From positions 558,001 through 622,000 of the forward strand of contig CATNEN010000031.1 of assembly GCA_950097015.1 (NCBI GenBank): a DNA stretch of 64,000 nucleotides, read 5' to 3'. Source of the DNA: Macrostomum hystrix (Eukaryota; Animalia; Platyhelminthes). The translations under genes and the position numbers were made by a program. The notes under the pieces are model-generated. The model did no database searches. It had not been told where the DNA came from and worked only from the letters and a program-made list of their open reading frames with translations. This document shows, piece by piece, positions 46,309-58,007 of this stretch (the first letter of the stretch is position 1; every line of letters begins with the position of its first letter).

Positions 46309-49063
46309 ATGGGATCTAGAATTCAGGACCTGATAGGCCTGGCTCGGGGCCTGCAGCGCCTAGCCCAGGCCACAGCCAGCTACCATAGGCGCCGGTGTCA
46401 ACCATTTGCTACCAGCCTGACGCAGCAGCTGCCCTCAAATGCAGCCAGACAGGAGGCAGCATGCACAAAGCAGTGGCAGGAGCTATTGGAAAGGAACAAA
46501 ATCGACAGGCCAGCAGTAAGTTTAAGATACACGTGGCTCTTGAATCTCAGTTTTTTCATTCGCTCAAACCTGAAACTATAACCTGATTTTCCGGAATTTT
46601 TGTTTAGAAACAGCTATTCTTGAATCAAATTGTACACGTCCTCAGTCAACTGGAAGCTTATATTCGTTTTTGCCACGGTAATTTAGCCATTTTATGAGGT
46701 CTGTGGCCCAGAGGTCTGTGGCCCAGTACATGGTTCTGTCGTGTATATTCGGCGATGCTTCCTGCTCTCCTATGCCGCATGCAGGAATTCGCTCTGCGCC
46801 GTGTTGACCTGCTGGCTAGACAGTCGGCCATTCTCGCCCGGCACCTAGCGGACTCGCCTGTTGCCAGGCGCCGGCTGTCCCGATCTCTAGGCTGCTCTGG
46901 TGGCACCGACTCCTGCAACACTAACGCCAACTCTTCTGGCGAGGGTGTAAAAAAATCGCAAAATTTCCCCGGCGCTGGGGCAGAAGATCCACGGGATCTG
47001 ACGGCCGGGAACAAGACGCCGACGCTGTCGCCGAAGTCGCAACCGCGCCGTGTTCCCGCCTCCCGGCTTGGCCGGCTGGCGAGCTTCGGCGGCCTGGCCG
47101 TGGGTCTGGGCCTCGGCACTGCTGGCGAGTACGCCAAGCGGGCTCTGGGCGTCGGCGATCATTCGTCTCAGTCCGCCGCTGGCTTGCTGACTCCGGCCAA
47201 CGCTGACCGAATTGTGTCTACACTCTGTCGGGTCCGCGGCGCCGCGCTCAAACTTGGCCAGATGGTCAGCCTGCAGGACGAGGCGCTGGTCGATCCACGT
47301 CTATTGGAGATCTTCGATCGGGTGCGCCGCTCGGCCGATTTCATGCCGCCCAATCAGACCCAGCGGGTGCTCGCAACTGAACTGGGTCAGGACTGGCGCT
47401 CCAAGTTTGCAGAGTTCAATGAAAAGCCGTTCGCAGCGGCCTCGATAGGTAAGCTTAATCTGCAGCGATTTACAGTACAGTACATGACATGTAAGTGAAT
47501 TTCTTGTACTACGAGTATACTCACTGACATCTCTGCCCTTTTGTCCAGGCCAGGTGCACTACGGTCGCTTGCCTGACGGAGAGGAGGTCGCCGTTAAAGT
47601 GCAGTATCCGGGCGTAGCCGAGAGCATCGAGTCCGACATCGACAACCTGATGCATCTGCTACGTATCTGGCAGGTGAGAAGACTTGTACATACATGCCGA
47701 TCATTAGCTCCGCTGTTGCAATCAGTGCCCAAACATCTTCCTGTTTGGGGTTGGAAATAATGTCCTGGGAATTCAACAAAGTATTTTACTGCTTTCGAAT
47801 CTTTCGATGATCCGTTAGGATACATGGGTTTATTATTATTATTATTAATTATTTCATTGGTCAACATACTCAAGATTTAAGATGCTCTGCTCAGCTCACT
47901 GGTGCTTACACACTTAACCTTCCAATCAGATCCTTCCGGCCGGCCTGTACGCTGACAGCGCCATCGCAGTGGCCAGGCGGGAACTGGCCTGGGAGTGCGA
48001 CTATAGGCGCGAGGCCGAGTGCAGTGAACGGTTCCGCGGCCTACTGGCTGACAGCCCCCACCTGGCTGTGCCGCGTGTCCTTCCCCACCTGTCTACTCGC
48101 AAAGTCCTCACGACGGAGCTGGCCAAGGGCCTTCAGCTAGACGACTGCATTCAGTTGGAGAATCAGGACGAGCGGGACTGGCTGGGGTCCGCGCTGCTGT
48201 CACTGTGCCTCCGAGAACTGTTCGAGTTTCGCTTTATGCAGACAGATCCCAATTGGGCCAATTTTCTCTACCAGCCAGGCGGAGGCGGCGGTTCGGGTGG
48301 CCGGCTAGTGCTGCTGGACTTTGGCGCAAGTCGGGAATACGCAGCCAAGTGAGCCGTCCTGCTTCCTATTGAGTCCGAGATGCAAATGGGCATATAGATA
48401 TAGATTTGGGACTCTATCAGTGGGATGACGTTTTGTCTAACAACCCGCGCCCAGGATTCAGGACCTAGATTTTATATCAGATGCTTTTCATAAAGCGTGA
48501 AATTTTGTTTAACTGGAGATTTGGGGTTCAGGTTAGTTGCATTTTTGTATTTATCAGGCATACATCAGCATCACATCACATTCTGATCTGTGACCAGCAT
48601 GCTTAAAAACCAATCAGATCGAAATCGTTGCTCTTCAATGGAGCTCCTCCCTGCCTTTTCTGTAACGCGAAGGTTCGTAGACAACTACCTGCGCGTCATC
48701 CACTGGGCTGCTGAGCGCGACCAGTCACGAATCCTGCACTATTCTAAGCGCCTTGGCTTCCTCACCGGCTTCGAGAGTGCAGAGATGAACCGGGCCCACG
48801 TTGACGCAGTGCTGGCTCTAGGCGAGCCTTTTGCCACCGAGGACCGCTTCGACTTTGGCCGCCAGTCGACAACGCGCACAATTCACAGCCTTGTGCCAAC
48901 CATGCTGCGGCACCGGCTGACTCCGCCGCCAGAAGAGAGCTACTCGCTGCACAGGAAATTGTCTGGCGCCTTCCTGCTGTGCGCCCGCCTGCGCAGCCGC
49001 ATCGCCTGCCGGGCCATGCTGCGCCGCGCCTACGAGGACTATCGCTTCACAGAGCCCGAGTGA
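46309..49063 (+). CDS. COQ8: Atypical kinase COQ8/ADCK3-4 (601 aa); exons 46309-46515, 46785-47448, 47549-47673, 47930-48348, 48673-49063
   Basis: [18 protein letters not shown]; [17 protein letters not shown] (KxGQ); [11 protein letters not shown]; [19 protein letters not shown]; [11 protein letters not shown]; LLDFGA; [24 protein letters not shown]. All four introns are GT-AG and keep frame. Confidence 0.95.
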
Positions 49064-49950
49064 GCAGTGGGCATGCGTGCCTTTCCTGCCGCTTGAATGC
49101 GCATTTAACTGGCTTGCCAGCTGGCTCAAGGCTTTTTAAATCGCTAGCTTCAATGATCTATCTAGGAGTTTTTTAATTAGCGCTGAGCTGGTCCAACTGT
49201 GGATTTGAACTCGGGACAGCTTTCGGCTGTATTCATTGGAACTTTAGTTCTCATTCAGAGCAATAGTTAGAGGAACTGAATGCGAGCGATATATAAGCTA
49301 TCCTTAGTGTACATTTTTCAGAAAAAAAAGATTTTTTATCTACTAGAAGTACTATAAAAGCATCACCTCGCGATTGCCTATTGAATCCTTGTAATCTTGA
49401 AGTCTTCCGTGTAATCGTATTCCAAGTAGTGAATGTTGCCACCATCATCACTGAGGTTGCCTTATACACGTAGATACGTAGACACGGCTTTATGGTCTCT
49501 AAAATCCAGTAATAGCAAGGACTTTCTAGCTCTTAGTCGCAGTCTTTTGCTGATTGGACTCTTGGGTTTGTATTAGCAAGCACATCAGTTCTGCTGGCTT
49601 CTAGCTTGCAAAAATGCGTTTGTATTTGAAGCATGCTTGTTTCTTTTGCTCCAGTTACGTTTTAAATTCGTCACTACAGCACTAGCGCCATCACTGAACG
49701 CTGTTTTGGATATCGTGCACTGAGCTGAAAGGCAAATTTTCGTGTTAGAAATAAATAATTGTTATACAGATTCGGTACGGGCATCTCGAAGGTTGAAGAG
49801 TTCTATTTGTGTAGAAAAGACTGGCGCGTTCTTTGCTACTAGCTCATTTACTGATTGGTTTGCTGTTTAAATAAATACGCAGGTTTGCTCTGACTTATTT
49901 TGATAGCAGGCCAGATGTGCATTATATGCCCCATAGGACAAAGCTGTTAA

Positions 49951-50541
49951 CTATCCAGACATCAGCCTCATTAGTGTGGTCCCGAGGCCAGCGCTACCAG
50001 ACTCTGTCGTCAACGCAAGCGCCGCCGAAGCCTCCTGGAATCGGCGTCGCAGGCGTCGCTGGTGCGAACAGTCGTGAATGACGTAGGCCAGCGGCATATA
50101 GTGTTCGGAGCCGGCCGAGTTTACGTACAGCAGCACGTTGCGCTCGCCGCAGCGGTAGTACGTGCGCACGAGTCGGCGGCGCCGCTCAGTCAGTTGAAAC
50201 GGCTGCTGCAGGCGCTCCCTATAGGCAGTGTAAGCCAGGATCTCGCCCTCAACTATGGTGAATGCGGCCACAAGTTCATATTTTGATTTGCGATTGATTT
50301 TCTCTTCAAAATGGCGCCGCAGCAGCTCCCGGCAGTCGGCGTCCATCTGCTCCGCCTGGTAGTAGGCGCTGGCTACTCTGATTGATGCAGCCGAATCGGC
50401 CGCCGTCGCGCAATCTGCTGCTATCGATGCTTGAGATGATGAAGTGACTGGGGATCCAGCCAGCTGCTGGCGCTCGAATCTCTGTTGATAATGATGCTGT
50501 TGCTCTTGCTTGTAGAGATGCTGGTGATGCTGGAATTTCAC
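49951..50541 (-). CDS. Hypothetical protein, probably a terminal exon (Q/H-rich N-part plus a globular domain)
   Basis: GC-rich open frame (open from ~50627) with protein-like sequence HFEEKINRKSKYELVAAFTIVEGEILAYTAYRERL...LLYVN...PLAYVIHDC. No in-frame ATG near the start; upstream exon not found. Confidence 0.5.
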   Translation of the reverse strand: MKFQHHQHLYKQEQQHHYQQRFERQQLAGSPVTSSSQASIAADCATAADSAASIRVASAYYQAEQMDADCRELLRRHFEEKINRKSKYELVAAFTIVEGEILAYTAYRERLQQPFQLTERRRRLVRTYYRCGERNVLLYVNSAGSEHYMPLAYVIHDCSHQRRLRRRFQEASAALALTTESGSAGLGTTLMRLMSG

Positions 50542-52591
50542 CTGCTGCTGATGTTCCTCATCTTGTGAAAGAATTGGGTGAACCGATAATGGAGAGGTAT
50601 CAGTTACATTCAGGACAATATGGATTTATTAGTTAACTAATTAATACGCGTACTAGTTCTGTTTCTGATATCCAGAATATTATCTATTCTCTGGAGAAAA
50701 ATGTACTTTTGGTAAGTACACGCCGCGATGCGATCAATCGATTAGTTATCCATCCGTCTCTATTCGTGCAACGATTCCAACTGCTGAATTCCACAAGTCT
50801 TAAAAATGTTTCTATGTATTTAAATCTATGTAAACATTTTTCAGCAGAAGGTATTCAAACCGATACCGATGCAGTTTCAGAATGAAAATTACCTATCGAA
50901 TTACACTCGATGCACCCATTTGTAATTTGTTTAGATTTTTATTAAATCTGCTAAGCCTAATTTGCAATTGTTCTACAGTCCGCTATACAGTACAGCAATT
51001 CCACTGTTCCAGAGACCGAAATGCCTGCTCACCGCTGCTGCAGTGCATGTTGGTCCAGACGAGCAGCTACTTCCAATTAGCGATTGCAATCAACAGGTTG
51101 CCTTAAATTGCAAATCGTAGCGTCGCTGTGATCGCTACTCGTAGTCAGATTGTCTTGAAGGTTCTTGAATGCCTTTCTGGGCCAATCCCTGATCAGATCA
51201 GCGGCTAAACTGAGACTACCAATTGGAGAAGCTGTAGCACTCTTGCTCATGCTTCGCATAAGTATGAGACATTCTGCGCCATGTGCCCACGAGTACATAC
51301 CGTGCCTTTTTCACTCATTTAAACTGAAACAGATGCAGTCATGTTATCCGTATTAGTTTTTCGCAACAGGCCTAAAGTTTAAATTTCTATTCAAATTACT
51401 ACAAGTGCATTTACCATTCTGAGCATGCAATCATAGGCGACTACCCGTTTAAGTCTCAATTTTACGCTAACTAATAGCGTAATTGCCTTACGCTATATAG
51501 GTATATTCGAAGCTTTTAATGCGTTGGTAGGAGTATATATTTATACGTTTATCATTAAGAGACATGCTCTCATCACACATTAAACAAGCATCAAAACTTA
51601 CGTTCAGCTATAGGATCCCAAATTTACCTTAGCCTTTCACTTTTTTGCTCTCGCATTCGTGTAAAGTAGACAATTAAAAAAGTTGGCGTGCATTACTATT
51701 AAAAATTACCCACGCAACTCTCCTATAGTATTAATACTCGATTTAAAAAAGCAGCAAACAGTTCGTCTAAAATATTGTTCCTCAAAAGAATAGAATTTGA
51801 AATAATTCTGCTGCAGAATGACATTCGATCAGTAAGGTTGCAATGCAAACGAAACCTCATATTTACATTGTTAGGTAAATAATAACATTCACACACGATT
51901 CATGTTTCAATTGAAACTATTATCTAGCTCATATTCCTTCGAATGTAGGAGTGCAGGCTTAAGAGACTGTTACTTAACGAAGTAAACAAATCATTTGTAA
52001 TGGTAAACGTCCGTTTAATTATAGCCTGTTGTATACTTGTTCAGTCTAAATTTTAAAGTTCAAGAACTCTAAATTACCCTGGCTCTAATACATACATCTC
52101 ATTGATAAAACTAAAATCTTTGGCACAGACTTCCTGACGGGAAAGAACTCAGGTTTTGCTGCAGTCCGAAGCCGTTTAGTGCTAGATCAGTCAGTCCTCA
52201 GTCAGAGGAAATCAGAAATCCTCAGTCAGAGGATTTGCCATTAACGCCCGCAAGGCATGGGTATTAATGGTATATTAACGGGCAAGACTTTCTGCCCGCT
52301 GGGCAAAAAGGTCATGGTGTGGCGGCCAAGCCCGCACGCAGCGCCGTCTGCAGTGCATTCACACTCAAACCTGGGCCTAGCCTAGGCCTAGCCGAGGGGT
52401 GGGAGCACCGCCCGCCGGCGCGCTAAGCCGTGGTGTTTTGACTCACGCCACGCTCTCGCACCTCCCCACGCTCAATATAAAAAGAACTTTTGATAATAAA
52501 TTTGTTTATGCATCTTTTCTCGCCGCATTTCATTTTGCGAGACGCTAAATTGGTGAGCCCGACCGCCCCAGCCGTAGCTGAGGTTACCATC

Positions 52592-53284
52592 ATGACTGAG
52601 TCAGCCGTCGCACTCAAACTGCCCACCTTTTGGGCCTCCCAGCCCAGGGCGTGGTTCATACAGGTCGAAGCCCAGTTCGCCCTGCGTAAAATTACTGATG
52701 ACAACACCAATTATTGCCATGTCATCGCCGCGCTCGACCAGCAGACAGCCGAGCGGCTTCTTGACGTGCTGGAGAAACCGCCAACAGTGGAGAAGTACGA
52801 CGCACTGAAAGCTCGTCTGCTCGGAACTTTCGGCCTCACCCGGGAGAAGAGGGCCAGCCGCCTACTCAGCCTCTCCGGGCTCGGTGATCGACGGCCTTCG
52901 GAGCTAATGGAAGAGATGCTGGCCTTGCTCGGAGACCATCAGCCTTGCCTTATCTTCGAGGAGTTGTTCCGCCAGCAACTGCCTGCCGATGTCCGGATGG
53001 CCATGGCGACCAAAGACTTCAGCGAACCACGCACAGCAGCGCAGCTGGCCGATGAGTTGTGGGCGAGCCACCCGCAGCCAGTGGTTGCCACAGCCCAGCA
53101 GCCTGCCCAGTTGGTGGCCATCGCGGGCCGCAGCGAGACCAACCGCAAGCCCTACCAGGACCGGCAACCGCGGCAGCGCTCAGATGATGGCCTATGCTAT
53201 TTCCACCGCCGCTTTGGGGCGAAGGCCCGTCGCTGCGAAACTCCGTGCAGTTTCCAGGGAAACGGCCAAGCCGGCCGTCAGTGA
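52592..53284 (+). CDS. gag: Gypsy Gag (230 aa)
   Basis: LKLPTFWASQPRAWFIQVEAQF...LGDRRPSELM...CYFHRRFGAKARRCETPC (CHCC-type finger of CsRn1-like Gag). ORF intact. Confidence 0.88.
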   Translation: MTESAVALKLPTFWASQPRAWFIQVEAQFALRKITDDNTNYCHVIAALDQQTAERLLDVLEKPPTVEKYDALKARLLGTFGLTREKRASRLLSLSGLGDRRPSELMEEMLALLGDHQPCLIFEELFRQQLPADVRMAMATKDFSEPRTAAQLADELWASHPQPVVATAQQPAQLVAIAGRSETNRKPYQDRQPRQRSDDGLCYFHRRFGAKARRCETPCSFQGNGQAGRQ

Positions 53285-53301
53285 ACAGCTCGACGGCCGG
53301 C
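53257..53301 (+). promoter_or_regulatory. -1 programmed ribosomal frameshift signal (gag-pol)
   Basis: Slippery G GGA AAC in the gag frame (53257-53263), a 6-nt spacer, then a perfect 10-bp stem GCCGGCCGTC (53270-53279) / GACGGCCGGC (53292-53301). Pol is in the -1 frame. Confidence 0.8.
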
Positions 53302-55040
53302 AGCAACAGCAGCTTGCTACTCATCCCTGACATCCAGACGCGCCGGCGATTCCTGGTCGACACTGGCGCTGAGGTGAGAATTTTCCCCGTCACCGGCACA
53401 GACTCTCGCCTGCATTCACCAGGTCTGCCGCTCTACGCGGCTAACGGCAGCGTCATCCGCACTTTCGGGACGCGAGAGCTCACGCTCGACCTGGGAATCC
53501 GTAGCTGCTCCTGGCCGTTCATCCTAGCAGAGGTCTCTCGCCCGCTCATAGGCGCTGATTTCCTTCGCCAGCACGGCCTGCTGGTGGACCTGCCGCACCG
53601 GCGGCTTCTGGACGCTCGATCGCTTGCCAGCGTGCACCTGCTGGGCAGCACGGGGCCCGGACTGCAGCTCGCCGCAGCCGCTGCTGCGGATCCGTACAGA
53701 CAGCTGCTGGCGGAATTCCCCGCCCTCACCGAGCCCAGTTTTCAGAAGGCCGAGCCTCGCCACGGGGTGGAACACCACATCCCGACCAACGGCCCGCCGG
53801 GTCACGCCCGCCCACGCCGCCTGCCACCGGACAAGCTGGCGGTGGCCAAAGAAGAGTTCCGGCTCCTGGAACAGCTTGGTATTGTGCGCCGGTCCCACAG
53901 ACCGTGGTCCTCGCCGCTGCACATGGTGCCTAAAGTCTCTGGCGGTTGGCGGCCCTGCGGCGACTTCAGGCGACTCAACGACGCCACCGTGCCCGACCGC
54001 TACCCGGTGCCGCACATTCAAGATTTTTCGTCGCGCCTGGCCGGCTGCTCGGTTTTCTCCAAAATCAACTTGGTGCGCGGCTACCACCAGGTGCCGATGG
54101 CCGCCGCCGATGTGCCTAAGACCGCCGTCATCACCCCGTTCGGCCTCTTCGAGTTCCTTAGAATGCCGTTCGGGCTTAAGAATGCGGCCCAGGCTTTCCA
54201 GCGCTTGTCGACTCTGTCTGCCAGGACTTACTCGTAGATTTCGTCTTCGTCTATATAAACGACTTCCGCAGCCCACAGCAACACCTGGAGCACCTGCGTA
54301 CGCTGTTTCAGCGCCTGGCCAGCAACGGTCTCATCGTCAACCCGGCCTAGTGCGAGTTCGAGTTCGGCGGCAGGGAGATCGATTTCCTCGGCCACCGGAT
54401 CAGCGCTGCCGGCGCCGTGCCGCTGCCTGCTAAGGTCGACGCTATCGTCCGTTTTACGCCGCCAGCCACCATCAAGGGCCTGCAGGAGTTCGCCGGAATG
54501 GTCAACTTCTACCACCGCTTCATGCCGGGGGCCGCCCGGCTTCTGCGCCCCATCCACGCGGCCATGGCCAGCAAGGAGAAGCTCGTCCGGTGGACACCCG
54601 AACTGACAGCCGCTTTCGACGGGGCGAAGCAGGCGCTGGCCGCTGCCGCTATGCTAGCGCACCCTCGACCGGATGCGCCCATCGCCCTCACCGTCGACGC
54701 CTCAGACACCGCCGTAGCCGCGGCGCTTGAGCAGCGGATTGGCGGCGCCTGGCAGCCGCTCGCCTTCTTCAGCCGGCAGCTTCGCCCGCACGAGCAGAAG
54801 TACAGCGCGTTCGATCGTGAGCTGCTCGCCCTGTATCTGGCGGTAAGGCACTTCCGCTACTTTTTAGAAGGCCGCACCTTCACCGCATTCACAGATCACA
54901 GGCCACTGGTGGGATTTGTTTTCGTCCGGTGGGATGGCCATCGAGCACCGCTGCAGAAGCCCTACGACGGCCCATTCAAGGTCATCCAGCGGGGCGACAA
55001 GACCTTCCTGTTTGACCTGGGCACGCGACGCGTACAATAG
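53257..55040 (+). pseudogene. pol: Gypsy pol (protease, RT, RNase H, fused integrase C-terminus), disrupted
   Basis: FLVDTGAE; WSSPLHMVPK..WRPCGDFRRLN; GYHQVPM; TPFGLFEFLRMPFGLKNA; VYIND (from YIDD); DASDTAV; FDRELLALY; TDHRPL; PYDGPFKV. Frameshift near 54205 and TAG at ~54348. Confidence 0.9.
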
Positions 55041-57467
55041 TTATTTTACTGCATGTGCTTCTCAAGTTTTTTTAGATGACTTAACTGAGGGCCTATAGTT
55101 TCATACATTTGAAGCAAAGTACGAGCTATATTAGAAGCATAGTTATGGCTGTAGAAGCAAAGTATCTTCAAATCTCGACAGATTATCAAATAAAATAAGA
55201 AACGTTTGCGCGCTGAGCTTCCCGAATTGAGCAGTTGCGAATTTGAGAGCATTGAGCATGAGAGATGTCGATGGAATGACTGAATGAGTGATCAAACATG
55301 CACCCCGAAGTGTCGAGCTGACTTTAGCTTGCTCCTGACTGATGCCAGCTACTATCCTTCTCATAGCCCCTCATCCCTGGTGCTCAGCAGCGGCATCATT
55401 CAGGGCGCGCAGCAGCGGAGCTTAAAAGCGCACGGGGCATACGTTGGCGTGTCCCTATATATATGCAGCAGAGTTTTTTTCAACTGGGCTTGCAGGCCTC
55501 ATCAATATTTAGCGCAGTGCTGGGTTCCTCCGTGTTACTCGTAATTCAGCGCTCACTCTGACGGCACTCGTTCTCTCTTTTCACTAAGAGTGGCCCAGTA
55601 AAAGCCGCCCGCGAACTGCATGGAGGCTCGCAGTTGTATTTCCTCGCAAGTCGATTAATATTGATTGTTAGCCTGCTCTGCCTGATTTGCTTCGCTGAAG
55701 AAGATGAAGCGCAGAGTCTGTTTGATGGCGACAGGGAGATGAATGTTGGCAATAATTCCAGCAGCTGTGCACCTCCATGAGCCAGTTCTTTTTGCTAGAA
55801 ATAAATAATTCAGCAGGATGGGAAAAAAAGTGCGAAAATATACGACCTATTTTCGATCAATTGCTTCGCCTGAGCACCCTATGAGGAGTTCAAATACGAA
55901 TCGCACTGAACCTGTGGGATTGTAGCGGGGCACCTGACCCTCCAAAACTACCTCGACTTTTCGCGAAGGATTTTTTGCGTCCTGAACAGCTAAATTTTCC
56001 AGTCATATTCGCTCATGAAAGCTTTTTATTTAATATAAGTTTAATGTGCTCGTAAATTACCTATAGATTTTCTTCTCAGATTAATTTCATTGTCTCTTGT
56101 CCCATTTTGTCTTGCACAATACTTATCAATGTCGCTATAGTACAAGCACAGACGTGGTAGGTACACTTGAGATTTCAAGCTCAGCCAGTGCAAGACACAC
56201 TGGTCTGATCTGATACTGTTTCAATTAAGAGTATAAATAGAGAAATTATGGCGTCTTTCTGCGTTAGTCTTTAAGTCTATGAGCTTCATATAATTAATCA
56301 TTTACTTTGCCGTGCATGGCCGTAGCCATGTGCTGTTGCTATACTTACCGTGTCTAGCTGCCGTCATTAGATGTAAAGATGGCACTGATGATTTGACATC
56401 TCGGCTTTCTGTATCTTCCGTGTGTCAGAACTGCGTGAACCCTGCCCACTTCCAGTTAGCCAATTCTTTTTGCTAGAAATGAATAATTCTGCAGTACGGG
56501 AGAAGTCCGAAAATTTATACGGACTTATTTTCGATCGATTGCGTCGTCCAAGCACCTATGCTTACAAAAATTAATGCTGAACCCATCGGTGCGGGGTTTG
56601 TTTGTGCCTAAACCCTGAAGCGTACCCTTGTGACGCTTCATATGAGCTTAGCTGCTACTTTTATATTATAATGAGCGTGTAAACAGCATGGACATTGACG
56701 TTAGATTTTCCTTATGGTAATATAACCAAGGACCACTATAGTTATTTAGTTCCATAGTTGTATAGTTTTGTATTTCTACACTAGTCCTTGAATAGCCCCG
56801 AACTTGTTGATTAAACTTCAAGTTGTTACTTCAAATGAAGAATGTGCGAGCTACCTGTCTCTGACCTGGTGTACTAAGGAGATAAAAAATCCTGCGCAAT
56901 TTTTAAATATTTAAACTATTTTGTTCGCTGCTGCACTACTGGAAGCAGTTAAGAAGGATCCGTTATTATATAGAGACTCGCTCTCAAGGAGGAAACAATT
57001 ATCTGCTCTGCAGACAGGCAAAATTGAAGGCAAATTATAAGGGCGTGTCCAAAAAATGCCTGAAATGTCCGAGCTAAGAAATGTGTGAAATTTGTGCTCA
57101 CCTGTGTACAATCGTACATTTTCACTCCTCATTTGCAAACCTTAATTATTCGCTTTTAGAAAGAGGTCTAGGCCACTCACTGCGCCCCTACATCGAACAG
57201 TATTTTTCGCATTCAAAACCGAGCATTTATAGGCCAGTCAATTTGTTCTCTCTCTCGAGCTGGCTGGCGCAGCTACGTGTCAGCAGGCACTAGCTGGGAA
57301 CAGGCAAACCCCGCCGTATCAGCTGCCCAATAGCTGATAAGGCCCCGAGCAGGTGCTCGGAATCTAGTGTCGCAAGTAGACCTAATAGAGCTCGGGCTCT
57401 GTTGTGCATTGCAGCACAGAATTTCCCGAGGCGCAAGGTAGAATAAGGCAAGCCTACACTAGCACAG

Positions 57468-58007
57468 ATGAGCACCGGACAAATGTCCAGCTTGGGCACA
57501 GTGACAGTGCGATCGCTTGAGTCTGATGAGATAAATCAGGCTACAAGTATCCGGAGTTTGAGAACACCTATCTACCGAACCAGCATCGTTCACCTGACTC
57601 TGTCTGGTATTAACAGCCTGTTCACTCTTCTGTTGTTGTGCGCCAAGCTCTTCACAATTATCTTCAATGGAGTGTTCCCGTCCCTGTGGTACCTGAGCTT
57701 CCTATATACCGTGCTGCGCATTCTTCACATCTGCGCCGGCGCCACAGCCTACACCGTCAAAGACGTTTCAAGCGACCATTTGAAGACCCGAGTCAGCATG
57801 GCCTGCGCAGTTTGCGGAATCAGCGTCCTGTTCTCGCTGGGAGAAGCGATTGGCAGGGGATTTGAGACCAATTACTACATGAAGACAAACGACGTGCTCA
57901 ATGGAATTGGTAGTGGAGTTCAGGTGCTACTGAATTTGGGTCTGTGCATCCTCAGCACTATCCTGACTGTGATGTGCGCGACACTGACTGGCAAGCTACA
58001 CGCATGA
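57468..58007 (+). CDS. Four-TM membrane protein (MS4A/CD20-like topology), 179 aa
   Basis: ATG-initiated ORF with four hydrophobic segments (LSGINSLFTLLLLCAKLFTIIF; LWYLSFLYTVLRILHICAGATAY; VSMACAVCGISVLFSLG; IGSGVQVLLNLGLCILSTILTVMCA). Family is a guess. Confidence 0.55.
   Translation: MSTGQMSSLGTVTVRSLESDEINQATSIRSLRTPIYRTSIVHLTLSGINSLFTLLLLCAKLFTIIFNGVFPSLWYLSFLYTVLRILHICAGATAYTVKDVSSDHLKTRVSMACAVCGISVLFSLGEAIGRGFETNYYMKTNDVLNGIGSGVQVLLNLGLCILSTILTVMCATLTGKLHA

Larger units (their letters stand above)
52318..55040 (+). mobile_element. Ty3/Gypsy LTR retrotransposon (CsRn1-like), defective: integrase core deleted, no 3' LTR
   Basis: Putative 5' LTR at ~52318-52548 (TATAAAAA, AATAAA). PBS TGGTGAGCCCGAC at 52551-52563 (12/13 to a tRNA-Trp 3'-end complement). 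Then gag, PR, RT, RNase H and a GPF tail. Confidence 0.92.

Noticed and set aside
53524-54557. Long antisense and alternative-frame ORFs over pol
   Set aside because: Expected from GC-rich codon usage of the Gypsy pol; no independent motifs.
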